A DNA stretch of 64,000 bases from positions 96,001 to 160,000 of the forward strand of contig JAVLKG010000012.1 in assembly GCA_032128875.1 (NCBI GenBank), read 5' to 3'. The notes beneath the pieces are model-generated. The model did no database searches and was not told the DNA's origin. It saw nothing but the letters and a program-made list of their open reading frames with translations. Position numbers and translations under genes: made by a program. This document shows, piece by piece, positions 9,707 to 20,081 of this stretch. The DNA is from Candidatus Melainabacteria bacterium 17Bon1m (lineage in GTDB: Bacteria > Cyanobacteriota > Vampirovibrionia > Obscuribacterales > Obscuribacteraceae). Within the stretch, counting starts at the first letter, position 1. Each line of letters begins with the position of its first letter.

Positions 9707-10630
9707 CTACTTTCTCTTTTTCTCTTCCTTTGGGTTGATTTTAATTTTTTGCCCTTCTTTGGCCGCAGCGGTGTTCAGTTTTAAGTCGGCCAGCGAGCTT
9801 TCAATGTCCTGCTCCAGCAAAACCGGGTCCTGCATTGAAGATCCGCCAGTTATACCTGGCTTTATCGACGCATCCAAGCCGCCTGAGCCCGTTTTGGCTT
9901 GGGGTCTGTATGAAACCCAGAGCGAGAAGGTCAGGATGCACAGCGCAATCGCACCCCAGAGAATCGACCAAACTATCGCCGGTACCCCTGTCATGGACTC
10001 CATGTTGCGCGCATCGCTGTGTTGCGCGCCCATTACCGATGCCAGAAAGAGCGTCTGAATATCAAGGACTGAGTTGAGTGTTGTTTGCACAGCCAGCATC
10101 AGCAGAAACATATGACAGGCAGCGTCATTGGCTTTGCGAGAAACCCACAGAATGCCGGCGCCAATGATGAGCATTGAGACAAAGCTGAAGATGCCCCCGC
10201 CACCGTAGAAAACAGTGAGAGCAAGAATGACAGTGCCGATCATTTGAAGGATAAAACGGGCTTCTGCCGGGCGTTTTCCCCACCAAATAAGCAAACCCCC
10301 AAAAACGGCAGTGCCCAAATAGCCCGCCATGGAGATTAGCGGTCTTATGCCCCCCGCTGAAAGCGTCAGCCCTGACTCATCCGGCGCGATAGAAATCATT
10401 TGCACGTTGCCGCCGGTCAGACGCGCTACAAGAGCGTGGCAAGCCTCATGCACCGTTGTGACAAACAGTTTGAAGGGGTACAGAAAATAGTTAGCGAAGG
10501 GCATCTGCCAGCAAATCAGGCTGAGTATGAGAATCAGCAGCATGATTTGCACTGTTCGTTCGTTTCTGATTGCGTGCAGAATGTCCGAGGCTACCAGTCT
10601 GGCGTGGGCGCTAGCTGCTTTTTTGATCAT
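9707..10630 (-). CDS. M50B-like membrane metallopeptidase
   Basis: HEACH zinc motif, AGYLG, SDA motif, several TM helices. Confidence 0.85.
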   Translation of the reverse strand: MIKKAASAHARLVASDILHAIRNERTVQIMLLILILSLICWQMPFANYFLYPFKLFVTTVHEACHALVARLTGGNVQMISIAPDESGLTLSAGGIRPLISMAGYLGTAVFGGLLIWWGKRPAEARFILQMIGTVILALTVFYGGGGIFSFVSMLIIGAGILWVSRKANDAACHMFLLMLAVQTTLNSVLDIQTLFLASVMGAQHSDARNMESMTGVPAIVWSILWGAIALCILTFSLWVSYRPQAKTGSGGLDASIKPGITGGSSMQDPVLLEQDIESSLADLKLNTAAAKEGQKIKINPKEEKKRK

Positions 10631-10893
10631 CGGTAAAGCCCTGAGACGATTGTATTCTTTCGGTTTCCACTTCGTTTGCCATCCTAAATTCTACACTTCG
10701 CGCTTAAAGTTGAGTGATCTCGTGATGTCTTCGCTCATAAAAACGCTTGCTTTCAGCTTGAGAACTGGTGTCGTATGTGGTGTCACATCTTGCGTCTATT
10801 CGAGAGCTCTTTTGCGCTGTTTCCAATAGCCGATAAAAGACCTAAGAGCCTGTAAATTATGGTACCCTGAGTCTTACATACGGAGGGACGAAA

Positions 10894-11334
10894 GTGAACC
10901 AAGGCAATCGTGGACAGATGGAACCTTTGTCCGAAATGGCGCCCTCGGGCAAGACGCAATTTCTCGAAATCGATCCCAAGGTAGCCGCCTACAGCACTTA
11001 CATCCCGATTCCGCCGCTTAATCTAATTCTTGCGGGCATCTGGTTCGCGATGGAGCCGAATAACACTTACGCAAAGTTTCACGCGACGCAGAGCCTCATC
11101 TTTAGCGGCGCGTTCTTTGTCCTCTATTTGGGCGGAATCTTCCTGGGTGGCATCTTGCACTTCATTCCGTTTATCGGTGGCTTGCTTGGCGGTGTTTTCT
11201 ACGGATTACTAAATCTCGTGGCGCTTGCTTATTTGGTTTTCTCCGTCATTTGCATGATTAAGGTGTACAACGGACAACCGGTGAATTTGCCTTATGTTAC
11301 CGAAATAGCCGAAAAGTATTCCCGCGGTCTTTAG
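10894..11334 (+). CDS. DUF4870/Tic20-like membrane protein
   Basis: KFHATQS...IPFIG...KVYNG...LPY pattern; GGAGG SD. Confidence 0.75.
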   Translation: MNQGNRGQMEPLSEMAPSGKTQFLEIDPKVAAYSTYIPIPPLNLILAGIWFAMEPNNTYAKFHATQSLIFSGAFFVLYLGGIFLGGILHFIPFIGGLLGGVFYGLLNLVALAYLVFSVICMIKVYNGQPVNLPYVTEIAEKYSRGL

Positions 11335-11463
11335 AGCATCTAGCGCAGCATTGTCTGTAACGGTGACGTTTTTCTTTGCCCAAAACATATGACCAAAACC
11401 CCTGGCCGGAACCCTTAACGGAAACCCTCTCTTTGCCCGGAACAAACACTCTCGAGGTCTGCG

Positions 11464-11841
11464 ATGCACAATCTCAATAAGCTCAAAAAGCTGGTAGACG
11501 AGAATAAAATCAACGTATTAGGCGGTGATGTTGCGCAAGGAGAATGGCAGTACGAGAGCGATACGCTTTGGGGACCATTCGAGCAAATAGAATTGCACGG
11601 ACATGTAAAAACAGTCACCATGCAGACAGAAGAGAGCGCCAAAAACCTGGCTCATACGCTGGGATGGTCGGTTGCAGGAGCAATGGTACTGGGACCGGCC
11701 GGCGCGATTGCTGGTTTGTTTCTCGGCGGCAACAGAAAGCAAGTCTGCGCCATGATAGAACTGAAGGATGGGCGAAAGTTTCTCGCCACAATGGACTCGA
11801 AGATCTATCAACAAATGCTGGCTCTGACATTATTGAAGTAG
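11464..11841 (+). CDS. Hypothetical protein with glycine-zipper segment
   Basis: GAGGT SD; GWSVAGAMVLGPAGAIAGLFLGG; precedes sixA. Confidence 0.7.
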   Translation: MHNLNKLKKLVDENKINVLGGDVAQGEWQYESDTLWGPFEQIELHGHVKTVTMQTEESAKNLAHTLGWSVAGAMVLGPAGAIAGLFLGGNRKQVCAMIELKDGRKFLATMDSKIYQQMLALTLLK

Positions 11842-11852
11842 GACATAAATAA

Positions 11853-12365
11853 GTGTCTGCAGCCAGGAGAGCCAAAACCCTTTATCTTTTCAGACATGCG
11901 AAGTCTAGCTGGGACGACCCAAGCTTAAGCGATTTCGACCGTCCGCTTAATAAGAGGGGCGAGAAAGCCGCACCGTTAATGGGAAAAGTCATGCGTGCGC
12001 GTGATGTTTGCCCCTCGATTATTCTTTGCTCTCCTTCCAAGCGCACCCGTCAAACGGCACGAATGGCATTGAAGAAAGCTGGTCTGGATGAGGCTGAGAT
12101 AGTTTTTGAGAAAGGTTTGTATCTTGCCACCACAGGTGGTTTGACCGACATTGTCAAAAACATCGACGATTTGTTGAACTCGGCCATGCTGATCGGACAT
12201 AACCCTGGCTTAAGTGAACTCGTCTATTTATTGACCGGCGTCGAAGAGGCATTTCCCACAGGGGCCCTCGCATGTGTTCGGCTTAACATTGCGCATTGGA
12301 AAGATGTGAAAACAAGTTGCGGAAAAATGGAGTGGATCGTCCGTCCGCGTGAGGTAGTCAGGTAG
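11853..12365 (+). CDS. sixA: Phosphohistidine phosphatase SixA-like
   Basis: RHAKSSW, DFDRPLNKRG, CSPSKRTRQT, IGHNPG. Confidence 0.9.
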   Translation: MSAARRAKTLYLFRHAKSSWDDPSLSDFDRPLNKRGEKAAPLMGKVMRARDVCPSIILCSPSKRTRQTARMALKKAGLDEAEIVFEKGLYLATTGGLTDIVKNIDDLLNSAMLIGHNPGLSELVYLLTGVEEAFPTGALACVRLNIAHWKDVKTSCGKMEWIVRPREVVR

Positions 12366-12533
12366 CTGTGGCTGCTTGCGCGCCGCCTTAATTTCCGGAA
12401 ATATATCTTTTGGCTAAGAAGTGACTCATTAAAGCCTATCTGTTGATGCGGTTCAAAAAAGTTAACTACGATAGCCCATAACCCTGATCTATCCTTATGT
12501 TTGAAATTGTCAGGATGAGGCAGGCGGTAAATT

Positions 12534-13862
12534 TTGAACTTGCTGGACAACCTTGTTAACGGGCTTAGCGCGCTCGCTTCGGGCTCAAACAATGCCAGAG
12601 AGCGCAAGAAAGACAGTACACTCAGCGGAAAGCTAGCCGAAGGGCGCGTTAGCTTCGAGGATGCGCTGTCGCATATTTATCCCGAGACCTCGCCTAGAGC
12701 ACAGTCTGCGTCTTTGAACCTGACTGCTCCGGCGAGTTTTACTGTCCAGCAGTACCAACCGGCGCAGAGTTTTCAGCCGGCTACGTCCTATCAGCCGACG
12801 TCTTCATATCAATCGGCTCCCTCGTATTCGCCATCCTATTCATATCAAACAGCGAAAGAACCCCAGCAATCCGTCACTGTCGAAAGCGTGACTATATATG
12901 ATGCTTACAGGGGGCTTTCCGCTCGCAGCTATAACAGTCTGCCTGCCGCGCTTGCGTCGCTGAATCAAGGGCAGTTGAGCTCCGCTGAGAATCCACTGGA
13001 AGGTCAACTAGAGGACTCAATCCAATCGCAGGCCGATACTTACGACAATCTTCCGGTTCAGCCATATAAAGATCTGTCGGTTCAAACCTACGAGGACTTG
13101 CCGGCGCAGTCATATGAAGATTTCTCCGTTCAGACATATCAAAATCTGCCGGCACAATCGAATGCGAATCTAAATGAGAGTCGTGCGACTGAGGCTTATT
13201 CCCCGGCTACTTTCGAGAATCTTACTCGTGTTCAGGAAGAATTGTCGCAGCAGATCCTCGGCAACTATGTTGAATCATCTGCAACTGTAAATCGCGAGTT
13301 TCTCGACAGTTTCATTACTGCTTCGAGAGAGTTTATGGACACACGCAATAGACCGGCGGAGCCTGTCTATGAGCCATCGACCATGTCGACTTCAATGACT
13401 GCTCTGGTCGACACGATTTTCAACACTCTCGAACCTTATATCCACGAACTTAACCAGACTTTCCGGACGACCGATCTGTCGATCACTTTTACGCCACCAT
13501 CGGTGGTGAATGAGAATGTTGGATATGACACTTCCAGGCGACCTGCTTTAGCCATCTCTAGCTATCGATGCCGTATTTCAACGACACGACTTGCCCTGGT
13601 AATTCGAGGCAAAGAAGATCGCATTGATTTCTTCGTCCTACCTGTTGAAAGTGTGATGGGCTTGAGCAAAATTGAAGACGAGCATCAGCCCCTGATGTCG
13701 TTTACCTGCGAAATGCGCTACGGCGAGTTTTATTGGGAAGTGGAAGAAAAACCGCTTACGCAAGAGCGTCTGGAGAAATACATTCTTTTGATCTTCGAGC
13801 ACCTGATGGAATTGACGAGAGAAGAACTCTTGCGCCGCCCAGCCTATGCAGGCTCGTTTTAG
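12534..13862 (+). CDS. Hypothetical protein with Tyr/Ser/Gln-rich short repeats
   Basis: 442-aa ORF with GAGG SD, a low-complexity repeat middle and a globular-looking C-terminus. Confidence 0.7.
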   Translation: MNLLDNLVNGLSALASGSNNARERKKDSTLSGKLAEGRVSFEDALSHIYPETSPRAQSASLNLTAPASFTVQQYQPAQSFQPATSYQPTSSYQSAPSYSPSYSYQTAKEPQQSVTVESVTIYDAYRGLSARSYNSLPAALASLNQGQLSSAENPLEGQLEDSIQSQADTYDNLPVQPYKDLSVQTYEDLPAQSYEDFSVQTYQNLPAQSNANLNESRATEAYSPATFENLTRVQEELSQQILGNYVESSATVNREFLDSFITASREFMDTRNRPAEPVYEPSTMSTSMTALVDTIFNTLEPYIHELNQTFRTTDLSITFTPPSVVNENVGYDTSRRPALAISSYRCRISTTRLALVIRGKEDRIDFFVLPVESVMGLSKIEDEHQPLMSFTCEMRYGEFYWEVEEKPLTQERLEKYILLIFEHLMELTREELLRRPAYAGSF

Positions 13863-13961
13863 CTCACATTAAATCAGGGTTTACCCCCTGTCAGCCATGG
13901 TATGTCAGTTTTATGATCGCTTCAGGCGTCGTAATAGACTCCCCTGTGCATGGAGCTGAAT

Positions 13962-15113
13962 ATGCGCAACAAGAAGTTTACTCTCGCGATTTCTCTTTCT
14001 TTGGTCGCATCGATTTTTTTGCCGCATTCCGCGTTGGCTGCGTATGGAAATGATGATCATCGTTTTTCCATGCAAAACGTTTTGCGCTCGCTTGGCACTT
14101 CCGATTGGCAAAGACGTCAGGACATCGAGCGTCTGTTGAACGAGCATAAAGCTGAAGCCCCCGTCATTTTGACAAATGCGCTCGACAGCACTGAGCCAGA
14201 AGTACAAAAGAATGCATCTGAGCTGCTCATGCGAATGGCGGGAAATTGGGAATTTGTCATCCCTGATAAGTCTCTTGCGACGATCGTTGCGATTATGAAA
14301 TCGAGTCATTCTTCGATTGTGAAAGCAAATCTTGTTCGTGTTATTGGTCATGTCGGCCCGCGCAACGAGTATCTTCAGCCTCTTATTCTCGACTTGATGA
14401 AAAAGGACGAAGATGTTTTGGTTCGCTCGGCTGCTGCTGATTCGCTCTCTAATTTTATGCGTGAGGAAAAAGCCGCTGCTGCTGCTGAAGCTGTGAAGGT
14501 GATGTGCTATTGCTTGAAAAATGACATCAGCCCTCACGTTCGTCGCTCCGTGGCGCAGGCTATGGGCAATCTGCCCTCTGCGTCAGAAGAAGTGATGAAC
14601 GCACTCGTTGCGGCGATGGATGATAATTACAAGCAAGTGAGAAGCAGTGCCGGCAGTGCTTTGTCGCGTTTTGGTCCACGCGCGAAGTCGGCGCTGCCTC
14701 AGCTTTTGAAAATGTACAAAGAAGAAAATGATTGGTCGTCGCGGCAGTCAACGCTAAGCGCAATGGTGCAAATCGACAAAAAGAATCCTAAGGTTGTCGA
14801 AGCACTTATAGAGGCTCTCGACGAGCCCAATCTCATGAATTACGCAGTCAGCTACTTGCAGCAACTTGGAGTAGATGCTGCGCCGGCGGTGCCGCGCTTA
14901 ATTAAGAATCTGGACGCCGACAACAATATGAATGTTCGCCTTCAAGCTGCAAATGCGTTGGGCGCCATCGGTCCCAAAGCACAATCCGCATTGCCTGTTT
15001 TAACAAAGCTTTCGGAAACTTCGGATGGAGCGCTCAAGTCTACGGTGGACAATGCAATCAGGCGCATCAACATTGGCTTGCAAACCATTCCCGATGGTGC
15101 GTCCGTTCTATAA
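13962..15113 (+). CDS. Secreted HEAT/PBS-lyase repeat protein
   Basis: Signal peptide ending SALA; repeated VRxxAAxALxxxGP..AxP.L units. Confidence 0.85.
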   Translation: MRNKKFTLAISLSLVASIFLPHSALAAYGNDDHRFSMQNVLRSLGTSDWQRRQDIERLLNEHKAEAPVILTNALDSTEPEVQKNASELLMRMAGNWEFVIPDKSLATIVAIMKSSHSSIVKANLVRVIGHVGPRNEYLQPLILDLMKKDEDVLVRSAAADSLSNFMREEKAAAAAEAVKVMCYCLKNDISPHVRRSVAQAMGNLPSASEEVMNALVAAMDDNYKQVRSSAGSALSRFGPRAKSALPQLLKMYKEENDWSSRQSTLSAMVQIDKKNPKVVEALIEALDEPNLMNYAVSYLQQLGVDAAPAVPRLIKNLDADNNMNVRLQAANALGAIGPKAQSALPVLTKLSETSDGALKSTVDNAIRRINIGLQTIPDGASVL

Positions 15114-15133
15114 GCTTGTACTACAATAGACGA

Positions 15134-15976
15134 ATGCAATTCCAATTCGATCAAAACACCATAGTCTCAGCAATCGTAGTTATTGGTTGGATTTTTTCGC
15201 TGTGCTTTCATGAATATGGACATGGACTTGCCGCGTACATCGGCGGTGATAGCTCGATCAAAGATAAGGGCTATCTGTCTTTCAATCCGTTTGTGTATAC
15301 AAACGTTGGTTTATCTATAGTACTACCCGCGGTGATGGTGTTATTCGGAGGCGTCGGCTTGCCTGGTGCCGCTGTTACGGTCAACAACGCAAAATTGCGT
15401 GGGAAGCACTGGGAAAGCATCGTCTCGCTTGCGGGTCCTCTTTTTAGTTTGATCTTTACCGCTGCGTTGATTGCATTCATACTCAGCAATCCGCCCATTC
15501 CTATTGAGTGGATAGCCGCTTGCTCATACTTGGCTGTTCTCGAAATACTCGTCCTCATCTTCAATCTATTGCCTGTTCCAGGTCTAGATGGTTTTGGAAT
15601 TTTTGAGCCGTTTTTACCTCCAAGTGTTCGAGAAAAGTGCCGCAACTTCCAGCAGTACGGCATTCTCATATTGATTGCAATTCTCTGGACTGTTCCCGTA
15701 GCCAATGAAATGTTGTGGACTTCCGCGTACGCTTTGGCGTTCACTCTTGGTCTGGATCCGCATACTGTTTTCATCGGTCAGTCGAGTTTTCGAAGTGGTG
15801 CAACGCCGCTTTCCATCGGAGTTATTGTGCTCGCCATCGTTGTTCACTTGATAAAAAATAAAACCAAGAGTGAGCGTGAAGCCGCTGCGCAAGAAGCCTA
15901 CGCAGCAAGAGTAGGCGAAAATTCATTGGAAACTAAGTCCGAACTTGAAACCAAGTCCGAGCCGAAAATAGGATAG
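15134..15976 (+). CDS. Site-2 protease family (M50) protein
   Basis: HEYGH, VSLAGP, FNLLPVPGLDG. Confidence 0.92.
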   Translation: MQFQFDQNTIVSAIVVIGWIFSLCFHEYGHGLAAYIGGDSSIKDKGYLSFNPFVYTNVGLSIVLPAVMVLFGGVGLPGAAVTVNNAKLRGKHWESIVSLAGPLFSLIFTAALIAFILSNPPIPIEWIAACSYLAVLEILVLIFNLLPVPGLDGFGIFEPFLPPSVREKCRNFQQYGILILIAILWTVPVANEMLWTSAYALAFTLGLDPHTVFIGQSSFRSGATPLSIGVIVLAIVVHLIKNKTKSEREAAAQEAYAARVGENSLETKSELETKSEPKIG

Positions 15977-16016
15977 GCGTTCCCACAAATCTATTTCAGT
16001 AGGCTAAAATGCCGCC

Positions 16017-16736
16017 ATGAAAAGTGCAAATGCAGTTTTGATCTTTATTGGCGTGTTGGTCCTAGGATATCTCGGACTTATCGTTGCCCGTCCCAGTCTG
16101 CGCGAAATGAGTCCAATGGAAGTCGTGCAGAGTTTGCTTGGTGACACAAAAGATTCGCTGCGCAAGGAAAAGTTTGTTTCTTTCAAACCCGCCGAAGGGC
16201 ACTTCAAGGTGTCGTTTCCGGGGAATCCGGACGAACTCAATCTCTACAATAGCTGGTTGCATCCCGCTGTAATTCCCTTGCCTGGCTGGTTTTTAGCTGA
16301 CAGAGAATTGGGCTTTTACGTTGCGGAAGTGCCAATTGATAACTCTGAAGCTCCAGGACGCATTGCCGCAGCTACGGCCGCGTTGGAGCGGCCCATGGCG
16401 GGCTCGTCCGGTGGTAACAACGAGATGGTTGCTTCGAATTCTTCGAACAATATATTGATGGAGATTCAAGAATTTCTCGACAGGCAAGCGGAGACGATGG
16501 TGCGCAATGCCGGTGCAACACTCTTTAGTAAAGCGCCCGCGGCTGCAGGTGGCGGTAGGTATTTCGGGCGCAGCGTTGAAGGAAGTGCCAAAACGGCAGG
16601 GCAGCGCTATCGGCTTCAGATTTTTTATGACTCTGATAATCGTCGCCTCTTTGCAATCAGCGTATCCGGCAAACCTGAATTGATCCATTCTCCGCAAGCT
16701 AATCAGTTTTTCGGGTCATTGCAAATTCTGCCGTAG
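16017..16736 (+). CDS. Hypothetical membrane-anchored protein
   Basis: Single N-terminal TM; FKVSFPGNP and FFGSLQI motifs. Confidence 0.65.
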   Translation: MKSANAVLIFIGVLVLGYLGLIVARPSLREMSPMEVVQSLLGDTKDSLRKEKFVSFKPAEGHFKVSFPGNPDELNLYNSWLHPAVIPLPGWFLADRELGFYVAEVPIDNSEAPGRIAAATAALERPMAGSSGGNNEMVASNSSNNILMEIQEFLDRQAETMVRNAGATLFSKAPAAAGGGRYFGRSVEGSAKTAGQRYRLQIFYDSDNRRLFAISVSGKPELIHSPQANQFFGSLQILP

Positions 16737-16812
16737 GGTCTAGAACCGGCATACCATCGATTTCGTCGTCGCCCCTAAGGTTTCATCAGGGATTACCCGG
16801 TGCATTTTCGTT

Positions 16813-17736
16813 TTGCGCGGTGATAACCTCAAGGAAATGGCGGTGCTTCAGGCATATTTCGAAACCGATGTGGACGAAGTAGGCATGAGGAGGTTTTTGC
16901 ACATGGTTTTACCAAAGGTTCCTAAAGTAGTCGTTGAAGCAAAAGAAGCTTCTAGTGCTGAATTCGATGCGAAGAAAGGAGATGCATGGCATCAATCCGG
17001 CGGCGCAGAGGGGTTTTCGTCAAAACGCTGGCTGGCATATTTCCAGGAAAACAAATCGTCTTGCCCTCAAATTGTCATTCCGGAGTCGGTGAAGGTTTCG
17101 CAATCGATAAGACCCGCACTGATTCGTTCTCTTCAGCGTTTTCAAATTGGTGAGACCGGTGAAGGCAGGCACCTGAAAAAGTTTGCCAGCAAAATGAACG
17201 ATCCGGTTTACGAGCAGTGTATTGTTATGTTTATCAAAGAAGAACAGCATCACGCGCGGATTTTGGCGCAAATGATCGCGAGTATGGACGGCACATTGCT
17301 GACTTGGCACTGGAGCGATCTTGTGTTCATCGGGTTGCGACGATTGCTGCATTTGAAGACAGAAATTTTTGTTCTTTTGATTGCAGAAGTGATTGGTAAA
17401 TGTTTTTATCGCACATGTTCTGTTCATCTCGAAGATCCTCTTTTGAGCGATGCATTTTCGCTGATTGTTCTTGACGAACTGGGACATCTTGAATTTCACT
17501 GCGGTTTTCTGCGCAGTCAATTCGAGACGGCTCCGACTTTTGTCAGGCAGTGGGTGCTCTTGTGTTGGTCGGCGTTGTTCTATTGCGCTTCTTTTGTTTT
17601 CATCGCAGACCATAAGGCGGCTCTTGCTGCGTTAAGTGTCACGCCGCAGCAGTTCTTGAGAGATTTGTCCACAAGCTTCCGTATTTGTTCTCAGCGCTCG
17701 TTAGCGCTCGAGCCCAAAGTAGAGCGCGAAGATTGA
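16813..17736 (+). CDS. Ferritin-like domain protein (start uncertain)
   Basis: FQIGETGEG, two ExxH motifs (KEEQHH, DELGH), LIAEVIG. Confidence 0.75.
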   Translation: MRGDNLKEMAVLQAYFETDVDEVGMRRFLHMVLPKVPKVVVEAKEASSAEFDAKKGDAWHQSGGAEGFSSKRWLAYFQENKSSCPQIVIPESVKVSQSIRPALIRSLQRFQIGETGEGRHLKKFASKMNDPVYEQCIVMFIKEEQHHARILAQMIASMDGTLLTWHWSDLVFIGLRRLLHLKTEIFVLLIAEVIGKCFYRTCSVHLEDPLLSDAFSLIVLDELGHLEFHCGFLRSQFETAPTFVRQWVLLCWSALFYCASFVFIADHKAALAALSVTPQQFLRDLSTSFRICSQRSLALEPKVERED

Positions 17737-17820
17737 CGAGAAAGTCCCAAAATAGTCTTGTTGGCTACATGCGATTTAGGCTATCCTAGGAGCGCGAACA
17801 ACTGTTTCGGAGGAGATACC

Positions 17821-18033
17821 GTGGCCAAGAAGGTAGATACTGATGCGCCCCCCGCGTTGATCATTGAATTCAGAACCAGAGATGGAGAAGTCTGGGGCCA
17901 GCTTACCGCCGAGGCCCGAGAGTTCAAAACCGGCTCCACTGGCTATTATGCAAACGGAAAAGTCAAGAATCCGAAAAACGGTTTCCCGTATCAAGTCGGT
18001 ACGAACGTAATTTTGATCGGAAGTAAAGAATAG
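17821..18033 (+). CDS. Small hypothetical protein (70 aa)
   Basis: GGAGGAG SD before GTG 17821; AREFKTGSTGYYANGKV...YQVGTNVILIGSK. Confidence 0.75.
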   Translation: MAKKVDTDAPPALIIEFRTRDGEVWGQLTAEAREFKTGSTGYYANGKVKNPKNGFPYQVGTNVILIGSKE

Positions 18034-18040
18034 CTACTGG

Positions 18041-19864
18041 CTATTTGTGAAATATGCTTTTGAGCGCCTGACCAATTGAAGCCAGGAGTGGCTTCGGTGT
18101 GTCCGGATCGCCCTTGAGCATGGACGATGCGAACGCCTTTGCTTGCTCTGTCGTCACGCGGGGCGGCAAAGGTGGAATGTTCGGGTCTGTGTGGACGTCG
18201 ATAACTATAGGACGTTGGGACACAATCGCTTGCTGGAGAGCAGGCACAACATCTTGCGAGCGCGCAACGGTGATACCGTCCAGCCCAATTGACTGTGCGA
18301 ATGCCGCGTAATTGAAAGCTGGAAGATCTTGAGACGCTTCGAATTTCGGATCGCCTTGCGATGCGCGCATCTCCCAAGTGACGAAATTCAAATCCTTGTT
18401 GTTCAACACGACGACGATCAGTCGAGGATCAATCCACTGCTCCCAATATTTGCTTATTGTGATCAGCTCGTTGATTCCATTCATTTGCATAGCGCCATCT
18501 CCGGCCAATGCGATTGCCACTCTTTCCGGGTAGGCGAATTTCGCTGCCACCGCATATGGTACTGCGCAACCCATGGATGCGAGCCCGCCCGAGACGGATG
18601 CCATCATGTCGTCCTTCACCTTCAAATCTCGTGCAAACCATGCGGTCGATGTTCCAGAGTCGGCGCTAATGATGGCTCTTTCCGGTAGCAATTTTGATAA
18701 TTCCCAAAACACCAGTTGCGGATTTACCGGGGTTGCATCGGCATAGGCTCTCGCCTCAACGGTCTTCCACCATTCAGAGACTGCGAATTCCAAATCAGCT
18801 CTGAATGTGCGGTCTTCCTTGTAATGCAACAACGGCATCAACGCAGCCAGCGTCTCTTTGCAGTCGCCTTCCAGGCTGACATCCATTGGATATCTCAAGC
18901 TTAAATTGCGGCCGTCAATGTCTATCTGCACACCTTTGGCCTGACCTTCTTTCGGCAAAAACTCCGAATAAGGAAAATTGGATCCGAGCATCAAAAGCGT
19001 GTCACAGGTGTTCATCATCTTTTCGGTCGCTTCTGTCCCAAGCATGCCGATTGAGCCGGTTACAAACGGCAAGTGATCCGACACCGCTGCTTTCCCGAGA
19101 AGCGCTTTGGCAATGCCTGCACCGAGTATGTTCGATGTTTCAACCACTTCTTTTGTGGCACGCAGGGCACCTGCACCTACTAGTATCGCCACTTTCTGCC
19201 CACTGTTTAGAATATCGGCAGCGCGCTGCAAATCTTCATCGTGAGGAATCACGCGCGGTGATGAATAACCAATACCAGAATACGATCTCCCGTGTTCTCT
19301 GCTCACTTTTGTCTCAATATCTTGGTCTTGCACGTCATTAGGAATGATGATGCAAGTGACGGTTCTCTCTGCTTTTGCAATGCGAATCGAACGATCGATG
19401 AGATGCCGGACCTGTTTGCTATCCATTGCCATATGCACATATTCGTGCGCCACATCTTTAAATAAGCTGGATAAATCGACGTCTTGCAGAAAGCCCGTTC
19501 CGATGGCGGCGCGCTGTTGTTGTCCTACTATTGCGAGCACCGGCTGGTGGTCCATTTTTGCATCGTACAGTCCGTTCAAAAGTTGAATTGCGCCTGGTCC
19601 TGCCGTCGCCATACATACACCAATTTCTCCCGTGAATTTTGCATGCGCGCACGCCATGAACGCCGCCATGTTTTCGTGCCTCACTTGAATGAAATCGATG
19701 TGATTGGTTTGGTCAAACTTTTCGATTTTGGGCGCAGCAAGCTCTGGTTGGGAAATTCTGTTGATTGCCGATAGCAGAGGATTTATGCCGTCGCCTGGAT
19801 AACCGTAGATGCGAGAAATTCCCCAATCCGCCAGTCTCTCGACAATGAAATCGCTAACTTTCAT
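18041..19864 (-). CDS. TPP-requiring enzyme, pyruvate oxidase/dehydrogenase (PoxB-like) family
   Basis: YGYPGDGIN, QVRHENMAAFMACAHAKFTG, TPP motif GDGAMQMNG...NN. Confidence 0.9.
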   Translation of the reverse strand: MKVSDFIVERLADWGISRIYGYPGDGINPLLSAINRISQPELAAPKIEKFDQTNHIDFIQVRHENMAAFMACAHAKFTGEIGVCMATAGPGAIQLLNGLYDAKMDHQPVLAIVGQQQRAAIGTGFLQDVDLSSLFKDVAHEYVHMAMDSKQVRHLIDRSIRIAKAERTVTCIIIPNDVQDQDIETKVSREHGRSYSGIGYSSPRVIPHDEDLQRAADILNSGQKVAILVGAGALRATKEVVETSNILGAGIAKALLGKAAVSDHLPFVTGSIGMLGTEATEKMMNTCDTLLMLGSNFPYSEFLPKEGQAKGVQIDIDGRNLSLRYPMDVSLEGDCKETLAALMPLLHYKEDRTFRADLEFAVSEWWKTVEARAYADATPVNPQLVFWELSKLLPERAIISADSGTSTAWFARDLKVKDDMMASVSGGLASMGCAVPYAVAAKFAYPERVAIALAGDGAMQMNGINELITISKYWEQWIDPRLIVVVLNNKDLNFVTWEMRASQGDPKFEASQDLPAFNYAAFAQSIGLDGITVARSQDVVPALQQAIVSQRPIVIDVHTDPNIPPLPPRVTTEQAKAFASSMLKGDPDTPKPLLASIGQALKSIFHK

Positions 19865-20081
19865 GCAGGCCACCTTTTGTTAAACGAAAACAGAATGAAA
19901 ATTTCCCCAACGCCAATAGTGTGACCAGAATAAAAAGTGATAGTTCCAACGCCCCGAAATGCAGTGTGGGAAAGTGTTCAGCCCCTTCGGTCACCAAACA
20001 TGTTAATGAATAGCAGGCACGGAACTTTGTGATTGGATGTACACTCCCTACATCAGGTGACTGCGCTTGGATGGCGACGAG

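Noticed and set aside
10855..10870. Recurrent GGTACC in intergenic regions (also near 3577, 43341, 43417) as an operator
   Set aside because: TGGTACCCT is adequately explained as an extended -10 element, and a 6-mer is too short to be significant.
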